A stretch of 59,890 nt of DNA, counting the filler, from Trypethelium eluteriae (taxonomy: Eukaryota), in the NCBI GenBank assembly GCA_051942245.1. It is 3 parts of 3 records of this genome, joined end to end, with 100 filler letters (N's around TTAATTAATTAA, not from the genome) between each part and the next. Parts side by side here need not be neighbours in the genome. Positions count along the whole stretch, not along the records: positions 20,025 to 39,938 come from JAVECL010000511.1; positions 40,039 to 59,890 come from JAVECL010000513.1; 1 more part is not named here. The stretch is one strand, 5' to 3'. Of this stretch, positions 33,264 through 45,500 are shown in pieces. Within the stretch, counting starts at the first letter, position 1; every line of letters begins with the position of its first letter. Under the pieces are notes generated by a model. That model worked only from the letters and a program-made list of their open reading frames with translations. It was not told where the DNA came from and searched no databases. A program made the position numbers and the translations under genes.

Positions 33264-34019
33264 ACTAGGGAAAGATTAGGAGCGTGGTTCCTGGATTAGC
33301 AGAATGCGATCTACAGGAGAGAGAAGCAGATGACCATCAGGAACTCGAAATTCCCTCATGGCCACGCCAACACAGCCTGAGTCACAGCGGAGCACGGCGG
33401 AGATGGTTGATGTCGGTCTCCGTTGCAGGGATGGTAGGGCTGCTTCGAGTTTGGCTGGGGATGGTAGGCGTGGTAGGATCCGAATGCTCCCCTAGTCACC
33501 CCTATTGAGGTTAGCGGGTCCCGGCTGCTTGGAAGGCGAATCTTCCCGGTGATCAGCACCAGAAAATGTGCCGGCTTCGATTGCATGCGCTGCTCTTCCA
33601 CCTCCAGCACCTTCGACCTCGTCATTACCCTTTCTTTTGGTAGCTGCCTGGTCGTGTTTCTGAAAAGAGACCAGGCTTGCCTTCGTTACTAATTTTCGTA
33701 TCCTCAGTCCTTGTCTCAATTCACAGTCGCCGTACCCATACGACGACGTGCAATCTCCTCGTTTCAACCGATTCGAGCATCGTTCCCAAGGGCGAGATTT
33801 CATCTCTCCTACTTTCAAATATTCTTTCCATCCGACGGGAAGCGCGTTCTTTTGACGGCCCTGGTCGTCAAATGAACCTGCAACTACTTTATTACTCCAA
33901 AATCCCTGTATGCACTCCTCAATGAGCTTATATTCTCCTAATACGGACATCAAAGTAGCTAACATCACTGCCAATGATAGTCTCACCCTTCCAACCTGAA
34001 GGGCTCCTCCATATCCTAA

Positions 34020-37000
34020 ATGGTTCTTAAGACCACACTCTACCTCGCGCGCCAGAGTCTTGCAAAGACATTCACCCACGGTTACGCTCAGTCCGTTGTC
34101 GCTGCTTCGCAATCATCATACGCATCTCAGAACTCCCAATTCTCCGGCTTTGCAACCAACGTAGCCAGTCGACTGCAGAATAACTCCAAAACTTCGGTTC
34201 ACAATGCATTTCAATCTCAGCAGAACCCGAGTGCCCACATTGGTCACTCGGATTATCAGAACGATGCCGGGTTAAATGCTTACTACCAAGCATGGCACAA
34301 ACATCAACATTCCGGTGACAAGGAATGGCAACAATTCCAGTTCGCCAAAAGGATTGGATGGAAGCCTCCGTCTACCGTTCCAGAGGCGAAGGCGCAGGGG
34401 GAGGAGCCGGCCGTCGCAGTTGACCAACCTATTCAGCCTGAAGCGGCCGAGCGAGGCGCCCTCGAGCGATCTTACACCGAAAGTGCAGTCGATGACTTTA
34501 AGAAGGTAGTCGGAAGCGGAGAGGTTGAGGCTGCTGCTATCGCGAAGGTTGATGAAGCTATTGCTCAAGAAATCTCCAGGGCTCAGGAAGACAGGAAATT
34601 GGCTGCCGACCTTGAGAGCGCGGATGAAGAGATCTCCTCGCCGAATATCATTCATTCCCCTTCAGAACAGCTCTCAGCACAATCTACCCAAGATGTGCAG
34701 AGCGTGGCTGAATCTACTATTGCGACTTCGGTATCCGACCCAGAGACCTATGCCGAGCAGCTTAGCAACCTCGCTAAGGCTGGCCACTTCTCTCAGATCC
34801 CTACCACGTTTGAAGGCATGCTAACGGCTGGCATTCAGCCAACACCGTCAGCCTACAATGCCCTTCTATCAGCTGCAGTTCACCTTCCACGAGCCAAGCA
34901 TCAGGTCGTGCCCAAGGTTCTCGACGTCTACTCTGACATGCTCAGGAGGCGCGTGCTACCGGATACTGCCACTTATACTATCCTACTAGATGTTCTTGCT
35001 ACTCGGGCTCTGGACGTGTATCTGATGAAGCGCGGATTGGAGGAGAAGAGAGTCCGATTTGGGGGTCTGGAGGAGGTGGGTAAGTTCATGTTCTCTTCAA
35101 ATGAGGCTGAACTGGATATCTTGGCCGAGGACGACTCTCTCAGCTTGGCTATGAAGGTTTTCAAGACTTCCACCACTTCTCAACATGGCCATACATTTAA
35201 TGCCAACACATACGGATTATTGGTCACTGCTTGCGCTGAACAAGGACATGTTGAAGATATGGTCCGTGTTTACGACCATATGGAAAATGCGAAAATAGTG
35301 CCTTTTGCCGATATCTTTGCTCCGATGATCCAGGCTTTTGCAGCCTCGGGCGACCTCCGCAGTGCTGTCGAATGTTACGACGAATACAAGGCCCTGGCTA
35401 TTCGCAATGATGCTGGCGAAAACTCGATCTTCCGGAAGGATGAGCACGTTTATGCTGCTTTAATCAAGGCTTATGAAACCTGTGGCAGGGTCGAAGGTGG
35501 CAGGAGGTTTTTGGAAAAGGTTGAAGCCGGACTTGCTGATCCAAAGAAACTCGATCTGTTACGGGAAGTCGTGAGTGCAAAGGCCTTTGTCCCTCAAATG
35601 ATCAAAAACGGCGCTTTTGAAGAAGCCCTTGCTTTTTCCAAGAGCCACCTTGACGCTGGTGCCCGCGCTACAGCACTGAAGGAAATATGCCTTACCGCGG
35701 CGGACAAGAATGTAGAGAGCGTCGCGAAAAAGTCATTTGATGCCCTCGACAAGGAGGAGGGCATTGACACTGCGCGTTCTGCAATGGCTCTCCTTGCTAT
35801 GCATGTTCGCAATGGTGATGTTGACGCTGCCAATACTTACTGGAACATTTTGACACAATCTCCAACACGGGCTTCCTTCCTTGAACCGACCGTTATGCAC
35901 GCTATCGCGATATTAGGTTCTGATCAAGCGGAACAAGCCTTGCAGCAAAGTCGTTCAATGTTTGCTCGCCTGAGGGATGTTTCTGAGTCAAAGACCGAGA
36001 TGGTTGATCAAATTGATGAAGCCATCGGAGTCATTGGGCAATTCTTGCAAAAGAATGGCATTGTTATATCCTCCTCCGCCAGTATGGAGCTCTTGTGGAC
36101 CATGGTTGAGAACGGTGGTCTTATCCATCCAGTTGTCGACCACGTATTCGCTGGCTTGAGCTTGGAAGGCATTGCGAGGTTGCCTTGGCACGATGTTGCC
36201 CTCCTGACCCAGATTCAGGCAGACATGGTCTTAGGTAATGCTCCTAAATCTGAAATTGCCCACGAAGCTCGCTTTACCTACCTGTTGGATCTCGTCACGA
36301 GAAACGGCATTCCACTCGATGACCAGGTCTGCAACATCGTCGAGCAAGCTATCAGCCAGATGAAGCGTTCCGAACTAAGTTCGCGATGGCAGCACTACCG
36401 ATACCCGCTTCAGGATCAGGTCTTCTTCCCGATGGTTTATTCGCCCTATCCGCCTCCTGCGCCAGTGTCTTCACAATCGGCCTCTGATGACTACGACCCG
36501 TACGCGGTTACAACCGACAACAGAGGATCCCAAGCCATCACTGATCTTCTGGACAAGACTCATGGCCGACACGGTGCACATCTCAACGAGGCATTGAGCA
36601 AATTTAGGAACATGCGTCGCGCCGGTCGTCACCCACGCTTCTTCACGTATGGCAAACTGATTTCTGCTGCTGCTCGTGAAGGTCGCCTTACACTTGCCCA
36701 CGAAATATTGGAGAGCGCCAAGCAGGATGTTCCGTTTCTGCCTCACAACCGCGTTGTCCAGTACGGATGGCACGGTATTCTAGACACCATGGTGGCTGCT
36801 TGTCTCAATACGGGTGCTCGTAACGAGGCTGCTCACTTCCATCAGGAGCTAAATGAAGTAGGAGGAGCTCCATCCGCAAACACGTTTGGCCTTTATATCA
36901 CCACGCTCAAAGAATCCACGAAGACTTTTGATGAAGCTACTGAAGCTGTCAAAATTTTCCATCGCGCCAAAGCTGAAGGTGTCGAGCCATCATCATTCCT

Positions 37001-37889
37001 CTACAATGCACTCATCGGTAAGCTCGGTAAGGCTCGCCGCATCGATGACTGCCTATTCTACTTCAACGAAATGCGCAGCCTTCAGATCCGACCTACCTCG
37101 GTTACCTATGGTACGATCGTCAACGCTCTCTGCCGTGTCAGTGATGAGAAGTTTGCCGAAGATTTATTTGAGGAAATGGAGAGGATGCCTAACTATAAGC
37201 CTCGCCCTGCACCATATCATAGCATGATGCAGTTCTTCCTCACCACGAAGCGCGATCGGTCAAAGGTCCTAGCGTACTATGAGCGCATGCGGAGCAAAGG
37301 AATTCAGCCTACACCCCACACCTATAAGCTCCTCATCGACACCTACGCCACACTGGACACTATTAATATGCACGAAGCCGAACGCGTGTTAGACCAGATG
37401 AAATCAGCAGGTGAAATGCCAGAGGCTGTGCACTATGCGTCTCTCATCCATGCAAAAGGATGTGTCCTCCACGATGTAGAGGGTGCAAAGCAGATGTTTG
37501 ATGACGTGCTTGGAGATCCCCGGATCAAGATTCAGCCGTGTCTCTATCAAGCTCTTTTCGAAGCCATGGTCGCCAACCACGCCGTGGAAGCCACAGAACC
37601 CCTGTTGGGGAGCATGCGACGCCGTGGTGTAACGATGACGCCATATATTGCCAATGCGCTCATTCATGGGTGGGCTCTCAAGAAGGATATCAAGCGAGCG
37701 CGAGAGGTGTTTGACGCCGTCAAGCGAGATAGCCGAGAGCCAAGCACTTATGAAGCGATGACGCGTGCCTACCTTGCAGCTGAGCAGAAGGAAAATGCCA
37801 CCGATGTCGTGAGGGAGGCACTGAGTCGTGGTTATCCCGCTGCAGTGGCGAACAAGATTGCGGAATTGGTGGGAGGTGGACATGCGTGA
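34020..37889 (+). CDS. Mitochondrial pentatricopeptide-repeat protein (Ppr5-like), 1289 aa
   Basis: Multiple PPR-like units (PSAYNALL, TATYTILL, SSFLYNALIGKLG, TSVTYGTIVNALC, PHTYKLLI); basic, acid-free N-terminus consistent with a mitochondrial presequence. Orthology to Ppr5 is from recall, not tested. Confidence 0.85.
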   Translation: MVLKTTLYLARQSLAKTFTHGYAQSVVAASQSSYASQNSQFSGFATNVASRLQNNSKTSVHNAFQSQQNPSAHIGHSDYQNDAGLNAYYQAWHKHQHSGDKEWQQFQFAKRIGWKPPSTVPEAKAQGEEPAVAVDQPIQPEAAERGALERSYTESAVDDFKKVVGSGEVEAAAIAKVDEAIAQEISRAQEDRKLAADLESADEEISSPNIIHSPSEQLSAQSTQDVQSVAESTIATSVSDPETYAEQLSNLAKAGHFSQIPTTFEGMLTAGIQPTPSAYNALLSAAVHLPRAKHQVVPKVLDVYSDMLRRRVLPDTATYTILLDVLATRALDVYLMKRGLEEKRVRFGGLEEVGKFMFSSNEAELDILAEDDSLSLAMKVFKTSTTSQHGHTFNANTYGLLVTACAEQGHVEDMVRVYDHMENAKIVPFADIFAPMIQAFAASGDLRSAVECYDEYKALAIRNDAGENSIFRKDEHVYAALIKAYETCGRVEGGRRFLEKVEAGLADPKKLDLLREVVSAKAFVPQMIKNGAFEEALAFSKSHLDAGARATALKEICLTAADKNVESVAKKSFDALDKEEGIDTARSAMALLAMHVRNGDVDAANTYWNILTQSPTRASFLEPTVMHAIAILGSDQAEQALQQSRSMFARLRDVSESKTEMVDQIDEAIGVIGQFLQKNGIVISSSASMELLWTMVENGGLIHPVVDHVFAGLSLEGIARLPWHDVALLTQIQADMVLGNAPKSEIAHEARFTYLLDLVTRNGIPLDDQVCNIVEQAISQMKRSELSSRWQHYRYPLQDQVFFPMVYSPYPPPAPVSSQSASDDYDPYAVTTDNRGSQAITDLLDKTHGRHGAHLNEALSKFRNMRRAGRHPRFFTYGKLISAAAREGRLTLAHEILESAKQDVPFLPHNRVVQYGWHGILDTMVAACLNTGARNEAAHFHQELNEVGGAPSANTFGLYITTLKESTKTFDEATEAVKIFHRAKAEGVEPSSFLYNALIGKLGKARRIDDCLFYFNEMRSLQIRPTSVTYGTIVNALCRVSDEKFAEDLFEEMERMPNYKPRPAPYHSMMQFFLTTKRDRSKVLAYYERMRSKGIQPTPHTYKLLIDTYATLDTINMHEAERVLDQMKSAGEMPEAVHYASLIHAKGCVLHDVEGAKQMFDDVLGDPRIKIQPCLYQALFEAMVANHAVEATEPLLGSMRRRGVTMTPYIANALIHGWALKKDIKRAREVFDAVKRDSREPSTYEAMTRAYLAAEQKENATDVVREALSRGYPAAVANKIAELVGGGHA

Positions 37890-39035
37890 ATCAGGGTTGG
37901 GGATCTTTAGGGCGTATATTTGGGAAATACTGGGCATAAACAAAAAAAAGAAATCCGAGAAACAAAATTGAGAGGGAGAAAAGGAGTAAATAAAGAGAAG
38001 AGCCATTTGTGGGGTATGATAATCCTCCTCAGCTCCACACGACTCGGGTATGTCCCCAACGGAAGCTTTGAAAACGGATGAAATGGTGCATCACGGAAAC
38101 CTTTCCTTTTGTTGGACCACTTTTCTTTTGTTATACCCTCAGGCGATTCGGGCGAGCTTTACAAAAGGGACGCGGACGGTAGCCATGGTGTTCTGGAGTT
38201 TCACTTGCGTTAATCCTCCGCCATTTGCAAGGCGTATTCTGAGGTTGGCTAAGGCTCTGCGGGTTGACGAATGCATACACAGCGGGCGAATTTGAGCGGG
38301 AAATTTATGTACCATATTCTCGTAAGATACCAACTCCACTCTAGAGAAAGAGATATGCAGACTGGCGAAAGCTGGATAAGCTGCATTGTTTAATTATAAA
38401 ACACACTCCTCTATATCCTTGTATGGGTCGCATGACTGTCTACCGTAAGAGTCTTGAGATACTTTCGAAAAGCTTATTTTTGCGTAACCAAGACAATGTG
38501 TCGTTAATGACTGCTACGCCAGAGATGTTATTGCAACCTATCTCCAATGTCCAAAATTCCATTCATTCTTGGCAGCTTTGAAGTCCGCTTCCGGTGAAGA
38601 TGTATCTTCTGATATGAGATGCCCTTGCATGATATCTTGGAAACACCTGCATCCAAGCCAATCGAGTTTCCCACTGCTTCGCTGACATTCTCTTTTTACA
38701 CGCCAAGACCGAGAGTCTTAACTAAGCTGGAGCTAATCATGCAAGTTTCGGACAATTCCTTCGCACCAAAACCCAGAACCCCACGCGCCCCTCAATGATC
38801 CGGGGGAATGTTTGACTCATACGTGAACCAGGTCTACGAAGTACTTCGTATCTATTTGAGTGGTATCGGTAGGGCGACTGTCTCCTCTCTTAGATTTCGT
38901 GTAAATCCACAAAGTCTTGTCGTGCCCCTGGACAATATTTGCACAAATAGATATTCATAGTTCTCACGTCCACAAACAATCATATCCTCGATCAGAAATA
39001 TTCAATTCCTCACTGTTCCAATCCTGAGACCAACT

Positions 39036-39911
39036 ATGTCATCTTTTCCAATTAGTGAATCCTCTGCAACACAAGTACTGGAACTGCAGCCAGTCCACCA
39101 TACTCCTCAGCAGCATGATGGTCAACCTCCGAGCAGCAGCAACAGTCACAGAACAAAACCCCTCCTATCTATGCTAGGACGAATTCCACGAAAGACTAAA
39201 GTCAGGAATAACAGTGAAATTGTCGAGGCGGAAGCAAGCACACAGCAAACAGAGGATAGAAACGAAACTCTACCTTCCCCTTCTGTAGCTTTCGAGGAGC
39301 TACCCCGATGGAACTCACCAAAGGTCAATGCCTACCGAACAGCTGCAACCTTTTGGTCATTCGTGATAATGGGAGCTAATGACGCAGCGTATGGTGTAAG
39401 TCGCCGTGGATGTCTCACGTAGAGATAGTGTGCTCATGAGATTCTAGGCCTTGATACCCTACGTACGCCTAAGTCGACTTGCAAATAGAACATCGCTAAC
39501 ACCATCTAGCTGGAAAAATATTACCACCTGAGCTATACAGTGATTTCGCTTGTCTTTCTCACCCCATTCGCTGGATATTCGTCCGCTGCTCTGCTGAACA
39601 ACGCAATACACATGAAATTCGGCCAGCGGGGAATCGCATTCCTCGGACCGCTCTCGCATCTCATCGCCTATACTGTCATTGCCCTCCATCCACCCTATCC
39701 AGTCCTCATCATCATCTTCGCCCTCGCAGGGTTTGGGAATGGCATCGAGGATGGCGCCTGGAACGCCTGGATTGGGAACATGGCGAACGCGAACGAGATC
39801 CTCGGATTCCTACACGGCTTCTACGGCCTTGGCGCCGTGATCGCACCCCTCGCTGCCACCACCATGGTCGTGAATGACCGCTTCCCCTGGTATACCTTCT
39901 ACTACCTAATG
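39036..39911 (+). CDS. MFS transporter, 5' part (cut by spacer); exons 39036-39395, 39448-39462, 39510-39911
   Basis: MGANDAAYG|ALIPY|LEKYY, FGQRG loop, AGFGNG, LHGFYGLGAVIAP; hydrophobic helices; canonical splice sites including a 15-nt microexon. Confidence 0.85.
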
Positions 39912-39938
39912 GTACGCCATCCCCTCCCTCCCCCGTCC

Positions 39939-40038
39939 NNNNNNNNNNNNNNNNNNNNNNNNNNNNNNNNNNNNNNNNNNNNTTAATTAATTAANNNNNN
40001 NNNNNNNNNNNNNNNNNNNNNNNNNNNNNNNNNNNNNN
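39939..40038. other. Artificial contig-joining spacer N44-TTAATTAATTAA-N44
   Basis: Identical to the spacer at 19925-20024. Confidence 0.97.
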
Positions 40039-41956
40039 CCGGCAGCACGCAGACGGTCCAGACGGTGTCGGCGTGGCCCTCGAGCGTGGCCTTGGGGTCG
40101 ACGCGGCCGCGCTCCCAGACGCGGATGGTGCGGTCGGCGCCGCCGGAGAAGATCCAGCCGTCGCCTGGGGCGCGGCCGCCGGTGGAGAAGGCGGAGGCGG
40201 AGGAGGAGGGGCAGGCGGCGAGGCTGGTTACGAGACTGGTGTGGCCCCGGTGGGTGAAGTAGGGTTGGATGTCGAGGTCGGTGAGGGTGGAGGTGGTGTT
40301 GGTGCTGGCGCTGGGTTGGCTGGAGGAGGATAGAAGGGGTTGGGATAGGGATTGCGACTGTGATTGTGTTGAAGGTTGAGTGCCGCTCCCGCCGCTGCTG
40401 CTGGCGGTAGGGTGGTTGCCGTAGCTGGCGGCGGGGATGATCCAGCGCTTGATGAGGCCGTCGTCGCCTGCCGTGCAGATCTCCGGCTCGGAGGGGCTGC
40501 CCCCGCCGGTGAAGATGACGCTGCGGACGACGTCGAGGTGGCCGCGGAGGCCAAAGCGGACTTTGAAGTTTTGCGCGTCGGGCTTAGTGGCGTGAGAGGA
40601 GGCTGAGTCGCGCGTTTCGTCGCTGCGGCGGCGGGCGAGGCGGTTAGACTCAGACGATTTCCTGCGGTGTGAAGCTGGACCCGTCCGAGGTGGAGACTTC
40701 GCCGGGATACTGTTAGCACTCGGAAATAAGTCCGTATCTGGTCTGCGAGGTGGAGGCTGGTCAGGTGGAGGTTCGGGCGGTGCTGTGGGTTCCCCGAAAT
40801 TCCAACCGTCTGGCTCTTCGCTGATGGCTTGGGGATTCTGATTTGTTTCTTCCTCACGAGTTTGAAGTGCACGCCCAAAAGAGTCGTACGAGTGTGTCAC
40901 TCTCTCTACTAGCTCCTCGTTCTCAGTAGGAAACCTCAGACCTGGTTGCCCTTGGTTAGGATGCGATAAGTCTTCTTGCTGTAAGCTCGGTGCTTGAGAG
41001 AGAGGAAACTGATTAGAGTCTCGGGCCATCTGTGGAGCTTGTTGTGGCATCTGGTTGTTCGCCTCCCTCATCATGGAAAGGCCCGCTTGATGATTAGTCA
41101 ATTGTGCTGCTTGAGCTAGCGATGGTTCTTGCATCTGTTGCCCCTTGTGACGTTGCTGTAGATATACCTCTTCCAATGACATGGGTACATCGCCATGATT
41201 TCCAAGATTAGTTGATTCAGCCATATGTTGTAGATTTGGAGGCGGAGGATGTGAAGGAGGCGCAAGGAGATAATTAATCTCATTTACGCATTTTCTCAGG
41301 TATTCTCTTGATCGATCACGGAGCTGCTCGGCTTCAGCTTCAGCTTGATCGTTTTCGAGGCCTCCGGCTTCAACGTCGAGAAATGAGTTATGCGGCTTGT
41401 TTGGTGCTGTTGAAAAATGTTAGCGTCTCTAGAGGTTGAAAATTCACTTTCAGAACGTGGCAATGGAGGCAGAGCGCACGCTTAGTAGTTTTCGTAGCCC
41501 TACTTGCTTCAGAGGCCTCAGCAGCCTTATTCTTCACGTCCTTTTCTTGCTCGGCTTCATTAGCCTCACTTCCCTCTGGTGCTGCCGACTTCTTAATCCG
41601 TTCATTCTTCAACGCCTTCTCCAACATTCTAATTTGCCTGTTGAGCTGGTCGTTGAGCTTCTTAGAGCTTCGGGATTCACCCTCTTGCTTTGCTATCTTG
41701 GCCTTCATCTCGGCTCGCTCAATGTCCCAGGCGTTCCGTTCCCTCTCATATCGATGCCATTCAAGTTGGAGGAAGCGCATGACACCTACAAACAGCATGT
41801 AAGCTATCTATGCTCAGACGATACTTATCTGATGCGGCATTGTGGCGCGTTCAGGAGAGTCTCACCTTGCAGAGTATATTCGGTGCCAGCAGGGCCATTG
41901 GCCTCTGGGACCCCTCCTGCTACGTTATTCATTGCGGATGGTGACTGCCAAGCCAT
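40039..41956 (-). CDS. pro11: Striatin (STRIPAK scaffold, Pro11/HAM-3 orthologue), 5' part; exons 41956-41866, 41785-41480, 41406-40039 (3' cut by spacer)
   Basis: [33 protein letters not shown] striatin coiled coil; KPHNSFL; WD40 repeats [28 protein letters not shown]. Confidence 0.92.
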
Positions 41957-42569
41957 GGGCGCTTCCGAGCAGCAATCGCTGAGTTCAACTGCGCCGTAGA
42001 ATCATCGGATCGGAGGATCTAATACATCTTACGTGAAAGGAGGAGCTAGAGTCCGGAGGTTCGTGGTGCTCGGGTAAGAGAAGTAAAGAGTTTTTTGTTG
42101 GAGAATGGAGGGTACAGTAGCTTTCAAGCAGATGCTACGGGAGTGTAGCTATCAGAGATGATGCAAGCCTAGGCAATGCGGGGACATTCGGTGGAAAGAG
42201 AGTTGAGTGTCACGTTTTTAACGTTTCTGCAAGAAGACGGGATTTCCGCAAGTGAACACGGCATGGTCTGTGCACCGGAGGTTGTCACCAGGGATCTCCC
42301 CTGACCTCCGTTTATCTGAGTAAATCTTGCGCATTACAGAAGCCCAGCGTTTGCCATGCATCTATAGTCCTAATACAACTACGTCGCGGCCTATTTGCAC
42401 GCGCTTGTCCGGGGGCGCCTCGCTCAATACGTACAGTTGCCGGAAACCTCGTCGACACGATCAGACCGAAACTCCTCCACGTGTTACCTTACCCATATAT
42501 TCATATCAATTTATTAGTTGACCCCCACACCCTTCGTGACTTGAGAAACTATCAATCCACTCAACCTCG

Positions 42570-45500
42570 TTACGAGACGAACCATAGCTTGACCACTCCC
42601 GCAACACGACCCCGGCAGACAGGGCAGTCATCCAGATTCTGAGCACAATCCATGCACGCCGCAACATGGCCACAATGGAGAAACGCCGTGTCCGCATCAC
42701 TCTCCCAGCAAATCTTACATCTCTTTCCGCTGTCATCCTCTGCCTGTTTCCATACAGTGACACCCTGCCCGTGCCGCTTACCATTCTTCCATCCCCCAGT
42801 GTATTCGTTTCCAGTCGCATGCTCTACCAAGGTGCCCTTGCCACTCAGCAGCCCAGACTCGAAGCTCCCTTCATACACATCGCCATTAGCGAAGATGAGG
42901 CGTCCATGACCATGACGTTTGCCAAGAGCAAAGTCGCCACGGTAGGCCTCATTATTGCCCAGTGAAATATGTTCCCCCAGGCCATGGTATTGGCCTTTCA
43001 AAACGCTTCCTCTGAAGTAAGAAGACGAAAAGTACGACCTTGTGAGATGACAAGCAGAAAGGTAGGGGAAGTTCCGTACGTTCGTTTCAGCCCGTATAAA
43101 GTCTGCCGGATCGACCGACCGACCGTCAGCCAAATATTTCTCGGGGTCCGTCACTCGCTCGTGGGCGATGATGATTGCACCGTCGCGGATAAGTTCGTGG
43201 GCAAACGTTCTGTAAGAAAGGAGTTTGCGACAGCCACTATTCGTCTCTTCAAACAGATCGAGAGGCTTGTCCGTCTGGAGCAACTTGAATATGGTTTCAA
43301 GAGTATCCTCGTAGCTGATCGTATAGCTCCCAACATGCCGGAGGGTCTGAGTATTCACATCGAAGGACTTCAGGAAAATGTACACGTTTGTCTTGATCGT
43401 TTTTGATCGTAAATTTTCGTATAGTTGCAAAAGAGTTGAAAGGTCTAACTCCTGGGCAATTTTGGAAATTTTCTCCAATCGAAGAGCGCTTTTCCTGCCC
43501 CGAGGAGGTCCTTCTGGTTCAGCAGGAGGTGGGGGCGGAGGCACTGCGATCGGTGGAGCAGGCACATCTACCATTATTGCTTCTGGCGCTAGACCCGTGG
43601 TATTCCCCGAGTCGTTCGTGGTCCCTCCGGTGCTGTCTACTGCAGCAATTAATGTAGCCTCTAGATCAGAGGGAACTCCTGCTCCATCTACTTGAGAGGC
43701 TGCAGCGGGCTCTATAGTTACCGGGTCATTGGCGGCCGGCTGATTGGAAGATGCAGCGGGAACAGTTGCTTGATCGTCAACGTCGGACATCGGGCTATCT
43801 TCTCTTTCATGGGGATCGGTGCGATCTTCTGGCTCGATCTGCGACGAGCTACTCTGCCCGTTAACTTCATGCGCCGTCTGTCCATGATCGGGCTGGCCGT
43901 CGGATTTAGTACTAGCCCCAGCTACCGTGGCAGCTTCAGCAACTCGATCTTGTTTTTCTATTATTTCGAAAGGAATGATATGCAGCCAGATTCTCTTTTC
44001 GGGGCAAAGCTGACTGATCACTCCCAGGTCCAGTGCCAAATCGTTACAATCAGGCCAACGAGACATTTGAGGCCAATCCACACACCCTTGCCGGGAATCG
44101 ATGATGAACAAAGCGCACTGTCGATGATCGCGAACTTCAGGTAGTCTTTCTTTGAGATGTTCCTGGAGATCTTGGAGGGTGGCTGTTGCTGGAAGCGTGG
44201 CCTCGATGATTGGAAGGGGGTTGGTCCTCGCATCTTTGGAGCCGTCCTCAAACAAGTTAACTACTCCAGAGTCCTTGCTAGACTGAAACGCTTTGGATTC
44301 AATAATCTGCAAGTCGATTTCGTCAGGAGGGCTTATCTTGATGCGCTCCTTGAGGCATTTTACAGCGTCCGAAAAGTCGTCTAGTTCGAGAGACAGTATG
44401 GTCCAATCATCAGGGCTGTCTTCGTATCGTATGTTTCGCAACCATTGCGCTTGTAGCCATTGCGGGACCTTCCATTCTGGCTCTGGCGTATGCAACAGTT
44501 CTAGCATTTGCTCACATATGTAAATAGCAATGTAAGCTACGCCCTTATTCGCATCGCGTGATGATTTGGACGCGTATCCTTCTTCGTGAGCAGCCTCTCT
44601 TTGAGTAATACAAGTGACCTTGCAGTCGGATGAACGATTGTTGTATCGGTACCACTTTCCGCCAAGACCGAGAGGCCTCAACGTTGAGTAGTATGAGCCA
44701 GACTGAAGTTCTCCTCGATGACTAACATGACCATAAAGAATGTAAGACACTCCATGTATCACGACTCGGTCATCCAAAGAGACTTTGTCGGTGAGTTTCT
44801 TCCATCGACGCGCTTCAGGGTCAAAGGCCTGTCTATCAAGCTCAAGACAGAGCACTTGTGCAGTTGGAAAATTGTGGTTGCCCGAAGTCTCCACATTCTC
44901 GACAGCCTTGGCTAGTGACTTGAACCCCTTTATCTTTACCCGATGATTAGGTATTCCACGAATTTGGTCTTTGGCTGGACCAAATATGTTACTCAGAGAG
45001 TTGCACCACGGGGTACCTTGCAGCTCCTCTTCGATTTTGGCCCTCAACACCTCCCAGATTTCGATGATGTCCATCTTTCGGATGGGTTCGGCAAGTCCGT
45101 AAAATTCGAGTGTGTCAATCAGATCATCAAGCGCAATCTTTCCCGAGAGTGGGGACTTCGGTTGACGCATCTGAAATAATATAGACTGTAGTTGTTCCAC
45201 AACATGCATGGACCGCCTTCGAGCGTCTATCGAAGGATCTGGGATTTGAACATTGTACAGTAGTTCACGAAATGATCGGAGAAGCATCCACGCAGATATG
45301 GCCGCCGCAATGTTACCATCTGTTGCGCTCGTCGGACTCTGCAGACTATGGAGACCGGTCATGGCAAGACTATCCCAGGGATTGCTATCGCTAGGGTGTT
45401 CCCAGAGGCATCCGGTTGCATCATCGACAGTCCTGATGTATGCTGTGAACGCAAGTGTGTCATTCTTTAACAAAGCTTGCCGCTCAAAGGGCTCTCGATA

